A stretch of 64,000 bases of DNA from assembly GCF_009914755.1 (NCBI RefSeq), contig NC_060933.1. The stretch is one strand, 5' to 3'. Below, one piece after another: positions 43,380 through 57,400 of this stretch. Position 1 is the first letter of the stretch. Each line of letters begins with the position of its first letter. The notes below the pieces were generated by a model. It ran no database searches, had not been told where the DNA came from, and saw nothing but the letters and a program-made list of their open reading frames with translations. This DNA is from the human T2T-CHM13v2.0 reference genome, Homo sapiens. Both the position numbers and the translations under genes were made by a program.

Positions 43380-45160
43380 TCGGGTTGATTCCATTCCATT
43401 CCATTCCATTCCATTCCATTCCATTCCATTCCATTCCATTCCGTATGATTCCATTCCATTGCATTCCATTCCATTCCATTCCACTGCACTCGGTTGGATT
43501 CCATTCTATTCCATTCCATTCCATTCCATTCCATTCCATTCCATTCCATTCCATTCCATTCCATTCTATTCGGGTTAATTTCATTCCATTCCCTTCCATT
43601 CCATTCCATTCCATTCCATTCCATTCCATTGAAATCGAGTTGATTCCATTCCATTCCATTCCATTCCATTCCATTCCATTCTATTCGTGTTAATTCCATT
43701 CCATTCCATTCCATTCCATTCCCTTCCCTTCCATTCCATTCCATTCCATTCCATTCCATTCTATTAGGGTTAATTCCATTCCATTCCATTCCATTCCATT
43801 CCATTCCATTCCACTCCATTCCATGCCATTCCACTCGGGTTTATTCCATTCCTTTCCATTCCATTCGGGTTGAGTCCATTCCATTCCATTCCATTCCATT
43901 CCATTCCATTCCATTCCATGCCATTGCACTCGGGTTGATTCCATTCCTTTCCATTCCATTCGAATTGAACCCATTCCATTCCCTTCCATTCCATTCCATT
44001 CCATTCCATTCCATTGCTCACGGGTTCATTCCATTCCATTCCATTCCATTCCATTCCATTCCATTCCATTTCGTTCCATTCCATTATACTCCGTACCATT
44101 CCATTCCATTCCATTCCCTTCCATGCCATTTCACTCGGGTTTATTCCATTCCTTTCCATTCCATTCGGGTTGAATCCATTCCATTCCATTCCATTCCATT
44201 CCATTGCGCTCGGGTTGATTCCATTCCATTCTATGCCATTCCATTTCATTCCGTTCCATTCCATTCCATTCCTTTCCATTCCTTTCCTTTCAATTCCATT
44301 CCATTACATTCGGATTGATTCTTTTTAATTCCCTTACACTCCATTACATTCCATTCCATTCGGGTACTTTCCATTCCATTCCATTCCATTCCACTGCATT
44401 CTATTGCACTCGGATTGATTGATTCCATTAGATTGCATTCCATTCCATTCCATTCCCCTGCACTCGGGTTGATCCCATTCCATTGCATTCCATTCCATTC
44501 CATTCCGTTCCATTCCATTCAATTCCATTCTGTTCAGGTTAATTCCATTCCATTCCATTCCATTCCATTGCATTCCATTCCATTCCATCCCATTGCAATC
44601 TAGTTGATTCCATTGCATTCCATTCCATTCCATTCCATTCCATTGCATTCCATTCCATTCCATTCCCCTGCACTCAGATTGATTCCATTCCATCCCATTC
44701 CGTTCCATTCCGTTCCATTACATTCCATTCCATTCTATTCGCGTTAATTCCATTCCATTCCATTCCATTACATTCCATTGCAATCGAGTTGATTCCATTC
44801 CATTCCGTTCCATTCCATTCCATTCCATTCCATTTCGTTCCATTCCATTCTATTCTGTACCATTCCATTCCATTCCATTCCATTCCATTCCATTCCATTC
44901 CATTCCATGCCATTCCACTCGGGTTGATTCCATTGCTTTCCATTCCATTTGGGTTGAATCCAATCCATTCCATTCCATTCCATTCCATTCCAATCCATTC
45001 CATTCCATTCCACTGCACTAGGTTTGATTCCATTCCGCTGCATTCCATTCCATTAAATTCCGTTCCATTCCATTCCATTACATTCGGATTGATTGTATTC
45101 AATTCCCTTACACTCCATTACATTCCATTCCATTCGGGTTGTTTCCATTCCATTCCATTC
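43380..45160. repeat. Left inner inverted arm; reverse complement matches ~45935-46890, ~48040-49250 and ~61410-62345
   Basis: Rare words mirrored across the switch: TTCTTTTTAATT/AATTAAAAAGAA, GGGTACTTT/AAAGTACCC, CTGTTCAGGTT/AACCTGAACAG, CACTAGGTTT/AAACCTAGTG and TGCGCTCGGG/CCCGAGCGCA. Matching ORFs on opposite strands: 43935+/48735-, 44789+/46317-/61775-, 45093+/46003-/61481-. Confidence 0.88.
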
Positions 45161-45184
45161 CGTGTGCAATGGAATGGAATGGAA
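45143..45184. other. Strand-inversion breakpoint within satellite; 17-bp perfect inverted repeat with 8-nt spacer
   Basis: Sequence reads TTCCATTCCATTCCATT-CCGTGTGC-AATGGAATGGAATGGAA. It is the only orientation switch in the window and has no inserted foreign sequence. Confidence 0.96.
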
Positions 45185-48100
45185 TGGAATGGAATGGAAT
45201 GGAATGGGTTCAACTAGAATGGAATGGAAAGGAATGGAATCAACCCGAGTGGAATGGCATGGAATGGAATGGAATGGAATGGAACGGAATGGAATGGAAT
45301 CAACTCGATTGCAAAGGAATGTAATGGAATGGAATGGAACGGAATTAACGCAAATAGAATGGAATGGAAAGGAATGGAACGGAATGGAATGGAAAGAAAT
45401 GGAATGGAATCAATCTGAGTGCAGGGGAATGCAATGGAATGGAATGCAATGGAATGGAATGGAATGGAATGCAATGGAATCACCTGGATTTCAATGGGAT
45501 GGAATGGAATGGAATGGAATGGAAGGGAATGGAATGGAATGGAATTAACCTGAACAGAATGGAATGGAATGGAATGGAATGGAATGGAATGCAATGGAAT
45601 GGAATCAATCAACCCGAGTGCAATAGAATGCAGTGGAATGGAATGGAATGGAATGGAATGGAATGGAATGGAATGGAATGAAATGGAATGGCAGGGAATG
45701 GAATGGAATCAACCCGAGTGCAAAGGAATGGAATGGAATGGAATGGAATGGAATGGAATGGATTCAACCCGAATGGAATGGAAAGGAATGGAATAAACCT
45801 GAGTGGAATCGCATGGAATGGAATGGAATGGAATGGAATGGAATGGTACGGAATAGAATGGAATGGAAAGTAATGGAATGGAATGGAATGGAATGGAATG
45901 GAATCAACCTGAGTGCAATGGAATGGAGTGGAATGGAATGTAATGGAATGGAAACAACCCGAATGGAATGGAATGTCATGGAGTGTAAGGGAATTGAATA
46001 CAATCAATCCGAATGTAATGGAATGGAATGGAACGGAATGGAATGGAATGGAATGTAGTGGAATGGAATCAAACCTAGTGCAATGGAATGGAATGGAATG
46101 GAATGGAATGAAATGGAATGGAATGGAATGGAATGGAATGGAATGGATTGGTTCCAACCCAAATGGAATGGAAAACAATGGAATCAACCCGAGTGGAATG
46201 GCATGGAATGGAATGGAATGGAATGGAATGGAATGGAATGGAATGGTACAGAATAGAATGGAATGGAATGAAATGGAATGGAATGGAATGGAATGGAACG
46301 GAATGGAATGGAATCAACTCGATTGCAATGCAATGTAATGGAATGGAATGGAATGGAATTAACGCGAATAGAATGGAATGGAATGTAATGGAACGGAATG
46401 GAATGGAATGGGATGGAATGGAATCAATCTGAGTGCAGGGGAATGGAATGGAATGGAATGCAATGGAATGGAATGGAATGGAATGGAATGGAATGCAATG
46501 GAATCAACTAGATTGCAATGGGATGGAATGGAATGGAATGGAATGGAAGGGAATGGAATGGAATGGAATTAACCTGAACAGAATGGAATGGAATGGAATG
46601 GAACGGAATGGAAGGGAATGGAATGGAATGGAATTAAGCTGAAGAGAATAGAATGGAATGGAATGGAACGGAATGGAATGGAATGGAATGGAATGGAATG
46701 CAATGGAATGGGATCAACCCGAGTGCAGGGGAATGGAATGGAATGGAATGCAATGGAATGGAATCAATCAACCCGAGTGCAATAGAATGCATTGGAATGG
46801 AATGGAATGGAATGGAAAGTACCCGAATGGAAAGGAATGTAATGGAGTGTAAGGGAATTAAAAAGAATCAATCCGAATGTAATGGAATGGAAGGGAACGG
46901 AATGGAATGGAATGGAATGGAATGGAATGAAATGGAATGGCATGGAATGGAATGGAATCAACCTGAGTTCAATGGAATGGAATGGAATGGAATGGAATGG
47001 ATTCAACCCGAATGGAATGGAAAGGAATGGAATAAACCCGAGTGAAATGGCATGGAAGGGAATGGAATGGAATGGAATGGTAAGGAATAGAATGGAATGG
47101 AACGAAATGGAATGGAATGGAATGGAATGGAATGGAATGGAATGGAATGGAATGAACCCGTGTGCAATGGAATGGAATGGAATGGAATGGAATGGAATGG
47201 AATGGAATGGGTTCAACTAGAATGGAATGGAAAGAAATGGAATCAACCCGAGTGGAATGGCATGGAATGGAATGGAAAGGAATGGAATGGAATGGAATGG
47301 AATGGAATGGAATGGAATGGAATGGAATGAAATGGAATGGAAGGGAATGGATTGAAATGGAATGGAATGGAATGGAATGGAATCAACCCGAGTGCAATGT
47401 AATGGAATTGAATGGAATGGAATGGAATGGAATGGAATGAATTCTACCCGAATGGAATGGAAAGGAATGGAATAAACCCGAGTGGAATGGCATGGAATGG
47501 ATTGGAATGGAATGGAATGGAATACTACGGAAGAGAATGGAATGGAACGAAATGGAATGGAATGGAATGAACACGTGAGCAATGGAATGGAATGGAATGG
47601 AATGGAATGGAATGGAATGGATTCAACTCGAATGGAATGGAAAGGAATGGAACCAACCCGAGTGGAATGGCATGGAATGGAATGGAATGGAATGGAATGG
47701 AACGGAATGGAATGGAATCAACTCGATTGCAAAGGAATGTAATGGAATGGAATGGAACGGAATTAACGCAAATAGAATGGAATGGAAAGGAATGGAAAGG
47801 AATGGAATGGAAAGGAATGGAATGGAATCAATCTGAGTGCAGGGGAATGGAATGGAATGGAGTGCAATGGAATGGAATGGAATGGAATGCAATGGAATCA
47901 CCTCGATTGCAATGGGATGGAATGGAATGGAATGGAATGGAAGGGAATGGAATGGAATGGAATTAACCTGAACAGAATGGAATGGAATGGTATGGAATGG
48001 AATGGAATGGAATGGAATGGAATGCAATGGAATGGAATCAATCAACGCGAGTGCAATAGAATGCAGTGGAATGGAATGGAATGGAATGGAAAGTACCCGA

Positions 48101-48299
48101 ATGGAATGGAATGGAATGGAGTGTAAGGGAATTAAAAAGAATCAATCCGAATGTAATGGAATGGAATTGAAAGGAAAGGAATGGAATGGAATGGAATGGA
48201 ATGGAATGGAATGGAATGGAATGAAATGGAATGGCATAGAATGGAATGGAATCAACCCGAGCGCAATGGAATGGAATGGAATGGAATGGAATGGAATGG

Positions 48300-48690
48300 A
48301 ATGGATTCAACCCGAATGGAATGGAAAGGAATGGAATAAACCCGAGTGAAATGGCATGGAAGGGAATGGAATGGAATGGAATGGTACGGAGTAGAATGGA
48401 ATGGAACGAAATGGAATGGAATGGAATGGAATGGAATGGAATGGAATGGAATGAACCCGTGAGCAATGGAATGGAATGGAATGGAATGGATTGGAATGGA
48501 TTCAACCCGAATGGAATGGAAAGGAATGGAATAAACCCGAGTGAAATGGCATGGAAGGGAATGGAATGGAATGGAATGGTACGGAGTAGAATGGAACGGA
48601 ACGAAATGGAATGGAATGGAATGGAATGGAATGGAATGGAATGAACCCGTGAGCAATGGAATGGAATGGAATGGAATGGAATGGAAGGGA
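48300..48690 (-). repeat. 190-195-bp tandem duplication (also at ~56030-56420)
   Basis: ATAAACCCGAGTGAAATGGC at 48336 and 48531; GTACGGAGTAG and AACCCGTGAGC are each present twice. Confidence 0.82.
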
Positions 48691-51039
48691 ATGGAATGGG
48701 TTCAATTCGAATGGAATGGAAAGGAATGGAATCAACCCGAGTGCAATGGCATGGAATGGAATGGAATGGAATGGAATGGAATGGAATGGAATGGAATGGA
48801 TTCAACCCAAATGGAATGGAAAGGAATGGAATAAAAACGAGTGGAATGGCATGGAATGGAGTGGAATGGAATGGAATGGAATGGAATGGAATGGAATGGA
48901 ATGGAATTAACCCTAATAGAATGGAATGGAATGGAATGGAATGGAATAGAAGGGAATGGAATGGAATGGAATGGAATGGAATTAACCCGAATAGAATGGA
49001 ATGGAATGGAATGGAATGGAATGGAATCAACTCGATTTCAATGGAATGGAATGGAATGGAATGGAATGGAAGGGAATGGAATGGAATGGAATGAAATTAA
49101 CCCGAATAGAATGGAATGGAATGGAATGGAATGGAATGGAATGGAATAGAATGTAATCCAACCGAGTGCAGGGGAATGGAATGGAATGGAATGCAATGGA
49201 ATGGAATCATACGGAATGGAATGGAATGGAATGGAATGCAATGGAATGGAATGGAATCAACCCGATTGCAATGGAATGGAGTGGAATGGAATGGAATGGA
49301 ATGGAAACAACCCGAATGGAATGGAATGGAAAGGAATCGAATGGAATCAACCTGAGTGCAGGGGAATGGAATGGAATGGAATGCAATGGAATGTAATGGA
49401 ATGGAATGCAATGGAATCAACCCGAGTGCAATGTAATGGAATCGAATGGAATGGAATGGAATGGAATGGATTCAACCCGAATGGAATGGAAAGGAATGGA
49501 ATAAACCCGAGTGGAATGGCATGGAGTGGAGTGGAATGGAATGGAATGGAATAGAATGGAATGGTACGGAATAGAATGGAATGGAACGAAATGGAATGGA
49601 ATGGAATGGAATGGAATGGAATGGAATGGAATGGAATCAAACCGAGTGCAGGGGAATGGAATGGAATTGAAGGCAATGGAATGGAATCATCCGGAATTGA
49701 ATGGAATGGAATGGAATCAACTCGATTGCAATGGAATGGAATGGAATGGCATGGAATGGAATGGAATGGAATGCAATGCAATGGAATGCAATGGAATGGA
49801 ATGGAATTAACCCGAATAGAATGGAATGGAATGGAATGGAAGTAAATGGAATGGAAGGTAATGAACCCGAGTGCAGGGGAATGGAATGGAATGGAATGCA
49901 ATGGAATGGAGTCATCCGGAATGGAACGGAAAGGAATGGAATGGAACCAACCCGTGTGCAATGGAATTGAAAGGAATGGAATGGAATGGAATGGAATGGA
50001 ATGGAATGGAATGGATTCAACCCGAATGGAATGGAAAGGAAGGGAATCAACCCAAGTGGAATGGCATGGAATGGAATGGATTGGAATGGAATGGAATGGA
50101 ATGCTACCGAATAGAATGGAATGGAACGAAATGGAGTAGAATGGAATGGAATGGAATGCAATCAACCCGAGTGCAATGGAATGGAGTGGAATGGATTGGA
50201 ATGGAATGGAAACAACCTGAATGGAACGGAATGAAATGGAGTGTAAGGGAATTGAATACAATCAAACCGAATGTAATGGAATGGAATGGAACGGAATGGA
50301 ATGGAATGGAATGGAATGCAGTGGAATGGAATCAAACCTAGTGCAATGGAATGGAATTGAATGGAATGGAATGGAATGGAATGGAATGGAATGGAATGGA
50401 ATCAATTCGATTGCAATGGAATGGAATGGAATGGAATGGAATGGAATGGGTTCAACTCGAATGGAATGGAAAGGAATGGAATCAACCCTAGTGGAATGGC
50501 ATTGAATGGAATGCAATGGAATGGAATGGAATGGAATGGAATGCAATGGAATGGAATGGAATGCAATGGAATCAACCCGAGTGCTATGTAATGGAATTGA
50601 ATGGAATGGAATGGAATGGAATGGAATGGATTCAACCCGAATGGAATGGAAAGGAATGGAATAAACCCGAGTGGAATGGCATGGAATGGAGTGGAATGGA
50701 ATGGAATGGAATGGAATGGAATGGAATGGAATGGTACGGAATAGAATGGAATGGAACGAAATGGAATGTAATGTAATGGAATGGAATGGAATGGAATGAA
50801 CCCGTGTGCAATGGAATGGAATGGAAAGGAATGGAATGGCATGGAATGAACCAGTGTGCAATGGAATGGAATCGAATGGAATGGAATGGAATGGAATGGA
50901 TTCAAGTCGAATGGAATGAAAGGAATGGAATCAACCCGAGTGGAATGGCATGGAATGGAATGGAATGAAATGGAATGGAATGGAATGGAATGGTACGGAA
51001 TAGAACGGAATGAAACGAAATGGAATGGAATGGAATGGA

Positions 51040-51440
51040 ATGGAATGGAATGGAATGGAATGGAAAGGAATGGAATGGAATCAACCCGAGTGCAGGTGAA
51101 TGGAATGGAATGGAAGGCAATGGAATGCAATCATCCGGAATTGAATGGAATGGAATGGAATGCAATGGAATCAACTCGATTGCAATGGAATGTAATGGAA
51201 TGGAATGGAATGGAATTAACCCTAATAGAATGGAATGGAATGGAATGGAATGGAATGGAAAGGAATGGAATGGAATCAACCCGAGTGCAGGTGAATGGAA
51301 TGGAATGGAAGGCAATGGAATGCAATCATCCGGAATTGAATGGAATGGAATGGAATGGAATGGAATCAACTCGATTGCAATGGAATGTAATGGAATGGAA
51401 TGGAATGGAATTAACCCTAATAGAATGGAATGGAATGGAA
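51040..51440 (-). repeat. 195-bp tandem duplication (also at ~58760-59160)
   Basis: CAGGTGAA at 51093/51288 and 58810/59005; GCAATCATCCGGAATTG and TAACCCTAATAG are each present twice. Confidence 0.85.
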
Positions 51441-54400
51441 TGGAAGGGAATGGAATGGAATGGAATGGAATGGAATTAACCGGAATAGAATGCAATGGAA
51501 TGGAATGGAATGGAATGGAATGGAATGGAATGAAAAGGAATCAACTCGATTTCAATGGAATGGAATGGAATGGAATGGAATGGAATGGAATGGAATGAAA
51601 TTAACCCGAATAGAATGGAATGGAATGGAATGGAATGGAATGGAATGGAATGGAATGGAATAGAGTGGAATGGAATGGAATGGAATAGAATGGAATCCAC
51701 CCGAGTGCAGGGGAATGGAATGGAATGGAATGCAATGGAATGGAATCATACGGAATGGAATGGAATGGAATGGAATGGAATCAACCGGATTGCAATGGAA
51801 TGGAGTGGAATGGAATGGAATGGAATGGAAACAACCCGAATGGAATGGAATGGAATGGAATGGAGTGTAAGGGAATTGAATAGAATCAATACGAATGTAA
51901 TGGAATGGAATGGAACGGAATGGAATGCAATGGAATGGAATGGAATCCAATGGAATGGGTTCAACCCGAGTGCAATGGAATGGAATCGAAAGTAATGGAA
52001 TGGAATGGAATGGATTCAACACGAATGGAATGTAAAGGAATGGAATCAACCCGAGTGGAATGGAATTTAATGGAATGGAATGGAATGGAATGCAGTGAAA
52101 TGGAATCAAACCTAGTGCAATGGAATGGAATGGAATGGAATGGAATGGAATGGAATGGAATGGAATGGATTAGATTCAACCCAAATGGAATGGAAAGCAA
52201 TGGAATCAACCCGAGTGGAATGGCATGGAATGGAATGGAATGGAATGGAATGGAATGGAAAGGTACGGAATAGAATGGAATGGAACGAAATGGAATGGAA
52301 TGGGATGGAATGGAATGGAATGGAATGGAATGGAATAGAATGGAATCCACCCGATTACAGGGGAATGGAATGGAATGGAATGCAAAGGAATGGAATGGAA
52401 TGGATTCAACCCGAATGGAATGAGAAGGAAAGGAATAATCCCGAGTGAAATGGCATGGAAGGGAATGGAATGGAATGGAATGGTACGGAGTAGAATGGAA
52501 TGGAACGAAATGGAATGGAATGGAATGGAATGGAATGGAATGAACCCGTGAGCAATGGAATGGAATGGAATGGAATGGAATGGAATGGAATTTGTTCAAC
52601 TCGAATGGAATGGAAAGGAATGGAATCAACCCGAGTGGAATGGCATGGATTGGAAAGGAATGGAATGGAATGGAATGGAATGGAATGGAATGGAATGGAT
52701 TCAACCCGAATGGAATGGAAAGGAATGGAATAAACCCGAGTGGAATGGCATGGAACGGAGTGGAATGGAATGGAATGGAAGGGAATGGTACGGAATAGAA
52801 TGGAATGGAACGAAATGGAATGGAATGGAACGGAATGGAATGGAATGGAATAGAATGGAATGGAATGAACCCGTGTGCAATTGAATGGAATCGAATGGAA
52901 TGGAATGCAATGGAATGGATTCAACTAGAATGGAATGGAAAGGAATGGAATCAACCCGAGTGGAATGGCATGGAATGGAATGGAATGGAATGGAACGGAA
53001 TGGAATGGAATCAACTCGATTGCAAAGGAATGTAATGGAATGGAATGGAACGGAATTAACGCAAATAGAATGGAATGGAAAGGAATGGAACGGAATGGAA
53101 TGAAAAGAAATGGAATGGAATCAATCTGAGTGCAGGGGAATGCAATGGAATGGAATGCAATGGAATGGAATGGAATGGAATGCAATGGAATCACCTCGAT
53201 TGCAATGGGATGGAATGGAATGGAATGGAATGGAAGGGAATGGAATGGAATGGAATTAACCTGAACAGAATGGAATGGAATGGAATGGAATGGAATGGAA
53301 TGCAATGGAATGGAATCAATCAACCCGAGTGCAATAGAATGCAGTGGAATGGAATGGAATGGAATGGAATGGAATGGAATGGAATGGAATGGAATGGAAT
53401 GGAATGAAATGGAATGGCAGGGAATGGAATGGAATCAACCCGAGTGCAAAGGAATGGAATGGAATGGAATGGAATGGAATGGAATGGAATGGAATGGATT
53501 CAACCCGAATGGAATGGAAAGGAATGGAATAAACCTGAGTGGAATCGCATGGAATGGAATGGAATGGAATGGAATGGAATGGTACGGAATAGAATGGAAT
53601 GGAAAGTAATGGAATGGAATGGAATGGAATGGAATGGAATCAACCTGAGTGCAATGGAATGGAGTGGAATGGAATGTAATGGAATGGAAACAACCCGAAT
53701 GGAATGGAATGTCATGGAGTGTAAGGGAATTGAATACAATCAATCCGAATGTAATGGAATGGAATGGAACGGAATGGAATGGAATGGAATGTAGTGGAAT
53801 GGAATCAAACCTAGTGCAATGGAATGGAATGGAATGGAATGGAATGAAATGGAATGGAATGGAATGGAATGGAATGGAATGGATTGGTTCCAACCCAAAA
53901 GGAATGGAAAACAATGGAATCAACCCGAGTGGAATGGCATGGAATGGAATGGAATGGAATGGAATGGAATGGAATGGTACAGAATAGAATGGAATGGAAT
54001 GAAATGGAATGGAATGGAATGGAATGGAACGGAATGGAATGGAATCAACTCGATTGCAATGCAATGTAATGGAATGGAATGGAATGGAATTAACGCGAAT
54101 AGAATGGAATGGAATGTAATGGAACGGAATGGAATGGAATGGGATGGAATGGAATCAATCTGAGTGCAGGGGAATGGAATGGAATGGAATGCAATGGAAT
54201 GGAATGGAATGGAATGGAATGGAATGCAATGGAATCAACTAGATTGCAATGGGATGGAATGGAATGGAATGGAATGGAAGGGAATGGAATGGAATGGAAT
54301 TAACCTGAACAGAATGGAATGGAATGGAATGGAACGGAATGGAAGGGAATGGAATGGAATGGAATTAAGCTGAAGAGAATAGAATGGAATGGAATGGAAC

Positions 54401-57400
54401 GGAATGGAATGGAATGGAATGGAATGGAATGCAATGGAATGGGATCAACCCGAGTGCAGGGGAATGGAATGGAATGGAATGCAATGGAATGGAATCAATC
54501 AACCCGAGTGCAATAGAATGCAGTGGAATGGAATGGAATGGAATGGAAAGTACCCGAATGGAAAGGAATGTAATGGAGTGTAAGGGAATTAAAAAGAATC
54601 AATCCGAATGTAATGGAATGGAAGGGAACGGAATGGAATGGAATGGAATGGAATGGAATGAAATGGAATGGCATGGAATGGAATGGAATCAACCTGAGTT
54701 CAATGGAATGGAATGGAATGGAATGGAATGGATTCAACCCGAATGGAATGGAAAGGAATGGAATAAACCCGAGTGAAATGGCATGGAAGGGAATGGAATG
54801 GAATGGAATGGTAAGGAATAGAATGGAATGGAACGAAATGGAATGGAATGGAATGGAATGGAATGGAATGGAATGGAATGAACCCGTGTGCAATGGAATG
54901 GAATGGAATGGAATGGAATGGAATGGAATGGAATGGAATGGGTTCAACTAGAATGGAATGGAAAGGAATGGAATCAACCCGAGTGGAATGGCATGGAATG
55001 GAATGGAAAGGAATGGAATGGAATGGAATGGAATGGAATGGAATGGAATGGAATGGAATGAAATGGAATGGAAGGGAATGGATTGAAATGGAATGGAATG
55101 GAATGGAATGGAATCAACCCGAGTGCAATGTAATGGAATTGAATGGAATGGAATGGAATGGAATGGAATGAATTCTACCCGAATGGAATGGAAAGGAATG
55201 GAATAAACCCGAGTGGAATGGCATGGAATGGATTGGAATGGAATGGAATGGAATACTACGGAAGAGAATGGAATGGAACGAAATGGAATGGAATGGAATG
55301 AACACGTGAGCAATGGAATGGAATGGAATGGAATGGAATGGAATGGAATGGATTCAACTCGAATGGAATGGAAAGGAATGGAACCAACCCGAGTGGAATG
55401 GCATGGAATGGAATGGAATGGAATGGAATGGAACGGAATGGAATGGAATCAACTCGATTGCAAAGGAATGTAATGGAATGGAATGGAACGGAATTAACGC
55501 AAATAGAATGGAATGGAAAGGAATGGAAAGGAATGGAATGGAAAGGAATGGAATGGAATCAATCTGAGTGCAGGGGAATGGAATGGAATGGAGTGCAATG
55601 GAATGGAATGGAATGGAATGCAATGGAATCACCTCGATTGCAATGGGATGGAATGGAATGGAATGGAATGGAAGGGAATGGAATGGAATGGAATTAACCT
55701 GAACAGAATGGAATGGAATGGTATGGAATGGAATGGAATGGAATGGAATGGAATGCAATGGAATGGAATCAATCAACGCGAGTGCAATAGAATGCAGTGG
55801 AATGGAATGGAATGGAATGGAAAGTACCCGAATGGAATGGAATGGAATGGAGTGTAAGGGAATTAAAAAGAATCAATCCGAATGTAATGGAATGGAATTG
55901 AAAGGAAAGGAATGGAATGGAATGGAATGGAATGGAATGGAATGGAATGGAATGAAATGGAATGGCATAGAATGGAATGGAATCAACCCGAGCGCAATGG
56001 AATGGAATGGAATGGAATGGAATGGAATGGAATGGATTCAACCCGAATGGAATGGAAAGGAATGGAATAAACCCGAGTGAAATGGCATGGAAGGGAATGG
56101 AATGGAATGGAATGGTACGGAGTAGAATGGAATGGAACGAAATGGAATGGAATGGAATGGAATGGAATGGAATGGAATGAACCCGTGAGCAATGGAATGG
56201 AATGGAATGGAATGGATTGGAATGGATTCAACCCGAATGGAATGGAAAGGAATGGAATAAACCCGAGTGAAATGGCATGGAATGGAATGGAATGGAATGG
56301 AATGGTACGGAGTAGAATGGAACGGAACGAAATGGAATGGAATGGAATGGAATGGAATGGAATGGAATGGAATGAACCCGTGAGCAATGGAATGGAATGG
56401 AATGGAATGGAATGGAATGGAATGGAATGGGTTCAATTCGAATGGAATGGAAAGGAATGGAATCAACCCGAGTGCAATGGCATGGAATGGAATGGAATGG
56501 AATGGAATGGAATGGAATGGAATGGAATGGATTCAACCCAAATGGAATGGAAAGGAATGGAATAAAAACGAGTGGAATGGCATGGAATGGAGTGGAATGG
56601 AATGGAATGGAATGGAATGGAATGGAATGGAATTAACCCTAATAGAATGGAATGGAATGGAATGGAATGGAATAGAAGGGAATGGAATGGAATGGAATGG
56701 AATGGAATTAACCCGAATAGAATGGAATGGAATGGAATGGAATGGAATGGAATGGAATCAACTCGATTTCAATGGAATGGAATGGAATGGAATGGAATGG
56801 AAGGGAATGGAATGGAATGGAATGAAATTAACCCGAATAGAATGGAATGGAATGGAATGGAATGGAATGGAATGGAATGGAATAGAATGTAATCCAACCG
56901 AGTGCAGGGGAATGGAATGGAATGGAATGCAATGGAATGGAATCATACGGAATGGAATGGAATGGAATGGAATGCAATGGAATGGAATGGAATCAACCCG
57001 ATTGCAATGGAATGGAGTGGAATGGAATGGAATGGAATGGAAACAACCCGAATGGAATGGAATGGAAAGGAATCGAATGGAATCAACCTGAGTGCAGGGG
57101 AATGGAATGGAATGGAATGCAATGGAATGTAATGGAATGGAATGCAATGGAATCAACCCGAGTGCAATGTAATGGAATCGAATGGAATGGAATGGATTCA
57201 ACCCGAATGGAATGGAAAGGAATGGAATAAACCCGAGTGGAATGGCATGGAGTGGAGTGGAATGGAATGGAATGGAATAGAATGGAATGGTACGGAATAG
57301 AATGGAATGGAACGAAATGGAATGGAATGGAATGGAATGGAATGGAATGGAATGGAATGGAATGGAATCAAACCGAGTGCAGGGGAATGGAATGGAATTG

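Larger units (their letters stand above)
1..45160 (+). repeat. Satellite III (HSat3) array, CATTC strand on +
   Basis: Continuous (CATTC)n with recurrent interrupting words ACTCGGGTTG (reverse complement CAACCCGAGT, the classical Sat III interspersed decamer), AATCGAGTTG, TATTCGGGTTAA and CCGGATGA. The CATTCGATTCCATTCGATGAT-dominated pattern of HSat2 is not the backbone. Confidence 0.97.

Noticed and set aside
45100-45260. Transposon insertion or terminal inverted repeats at the junction
   Set aside because: Both sides are satellite up to the breakpoint; no Alu, L1 or LTR sequence, poly(A) tail or target-site duplication is present.
52165-52180. DUX4-like site (GGATTAGATTCA)
   Set aside because: Only a partial match to the TGATTRRRTTA consensus, present at one site and its duplicate; likely chance in this composition.
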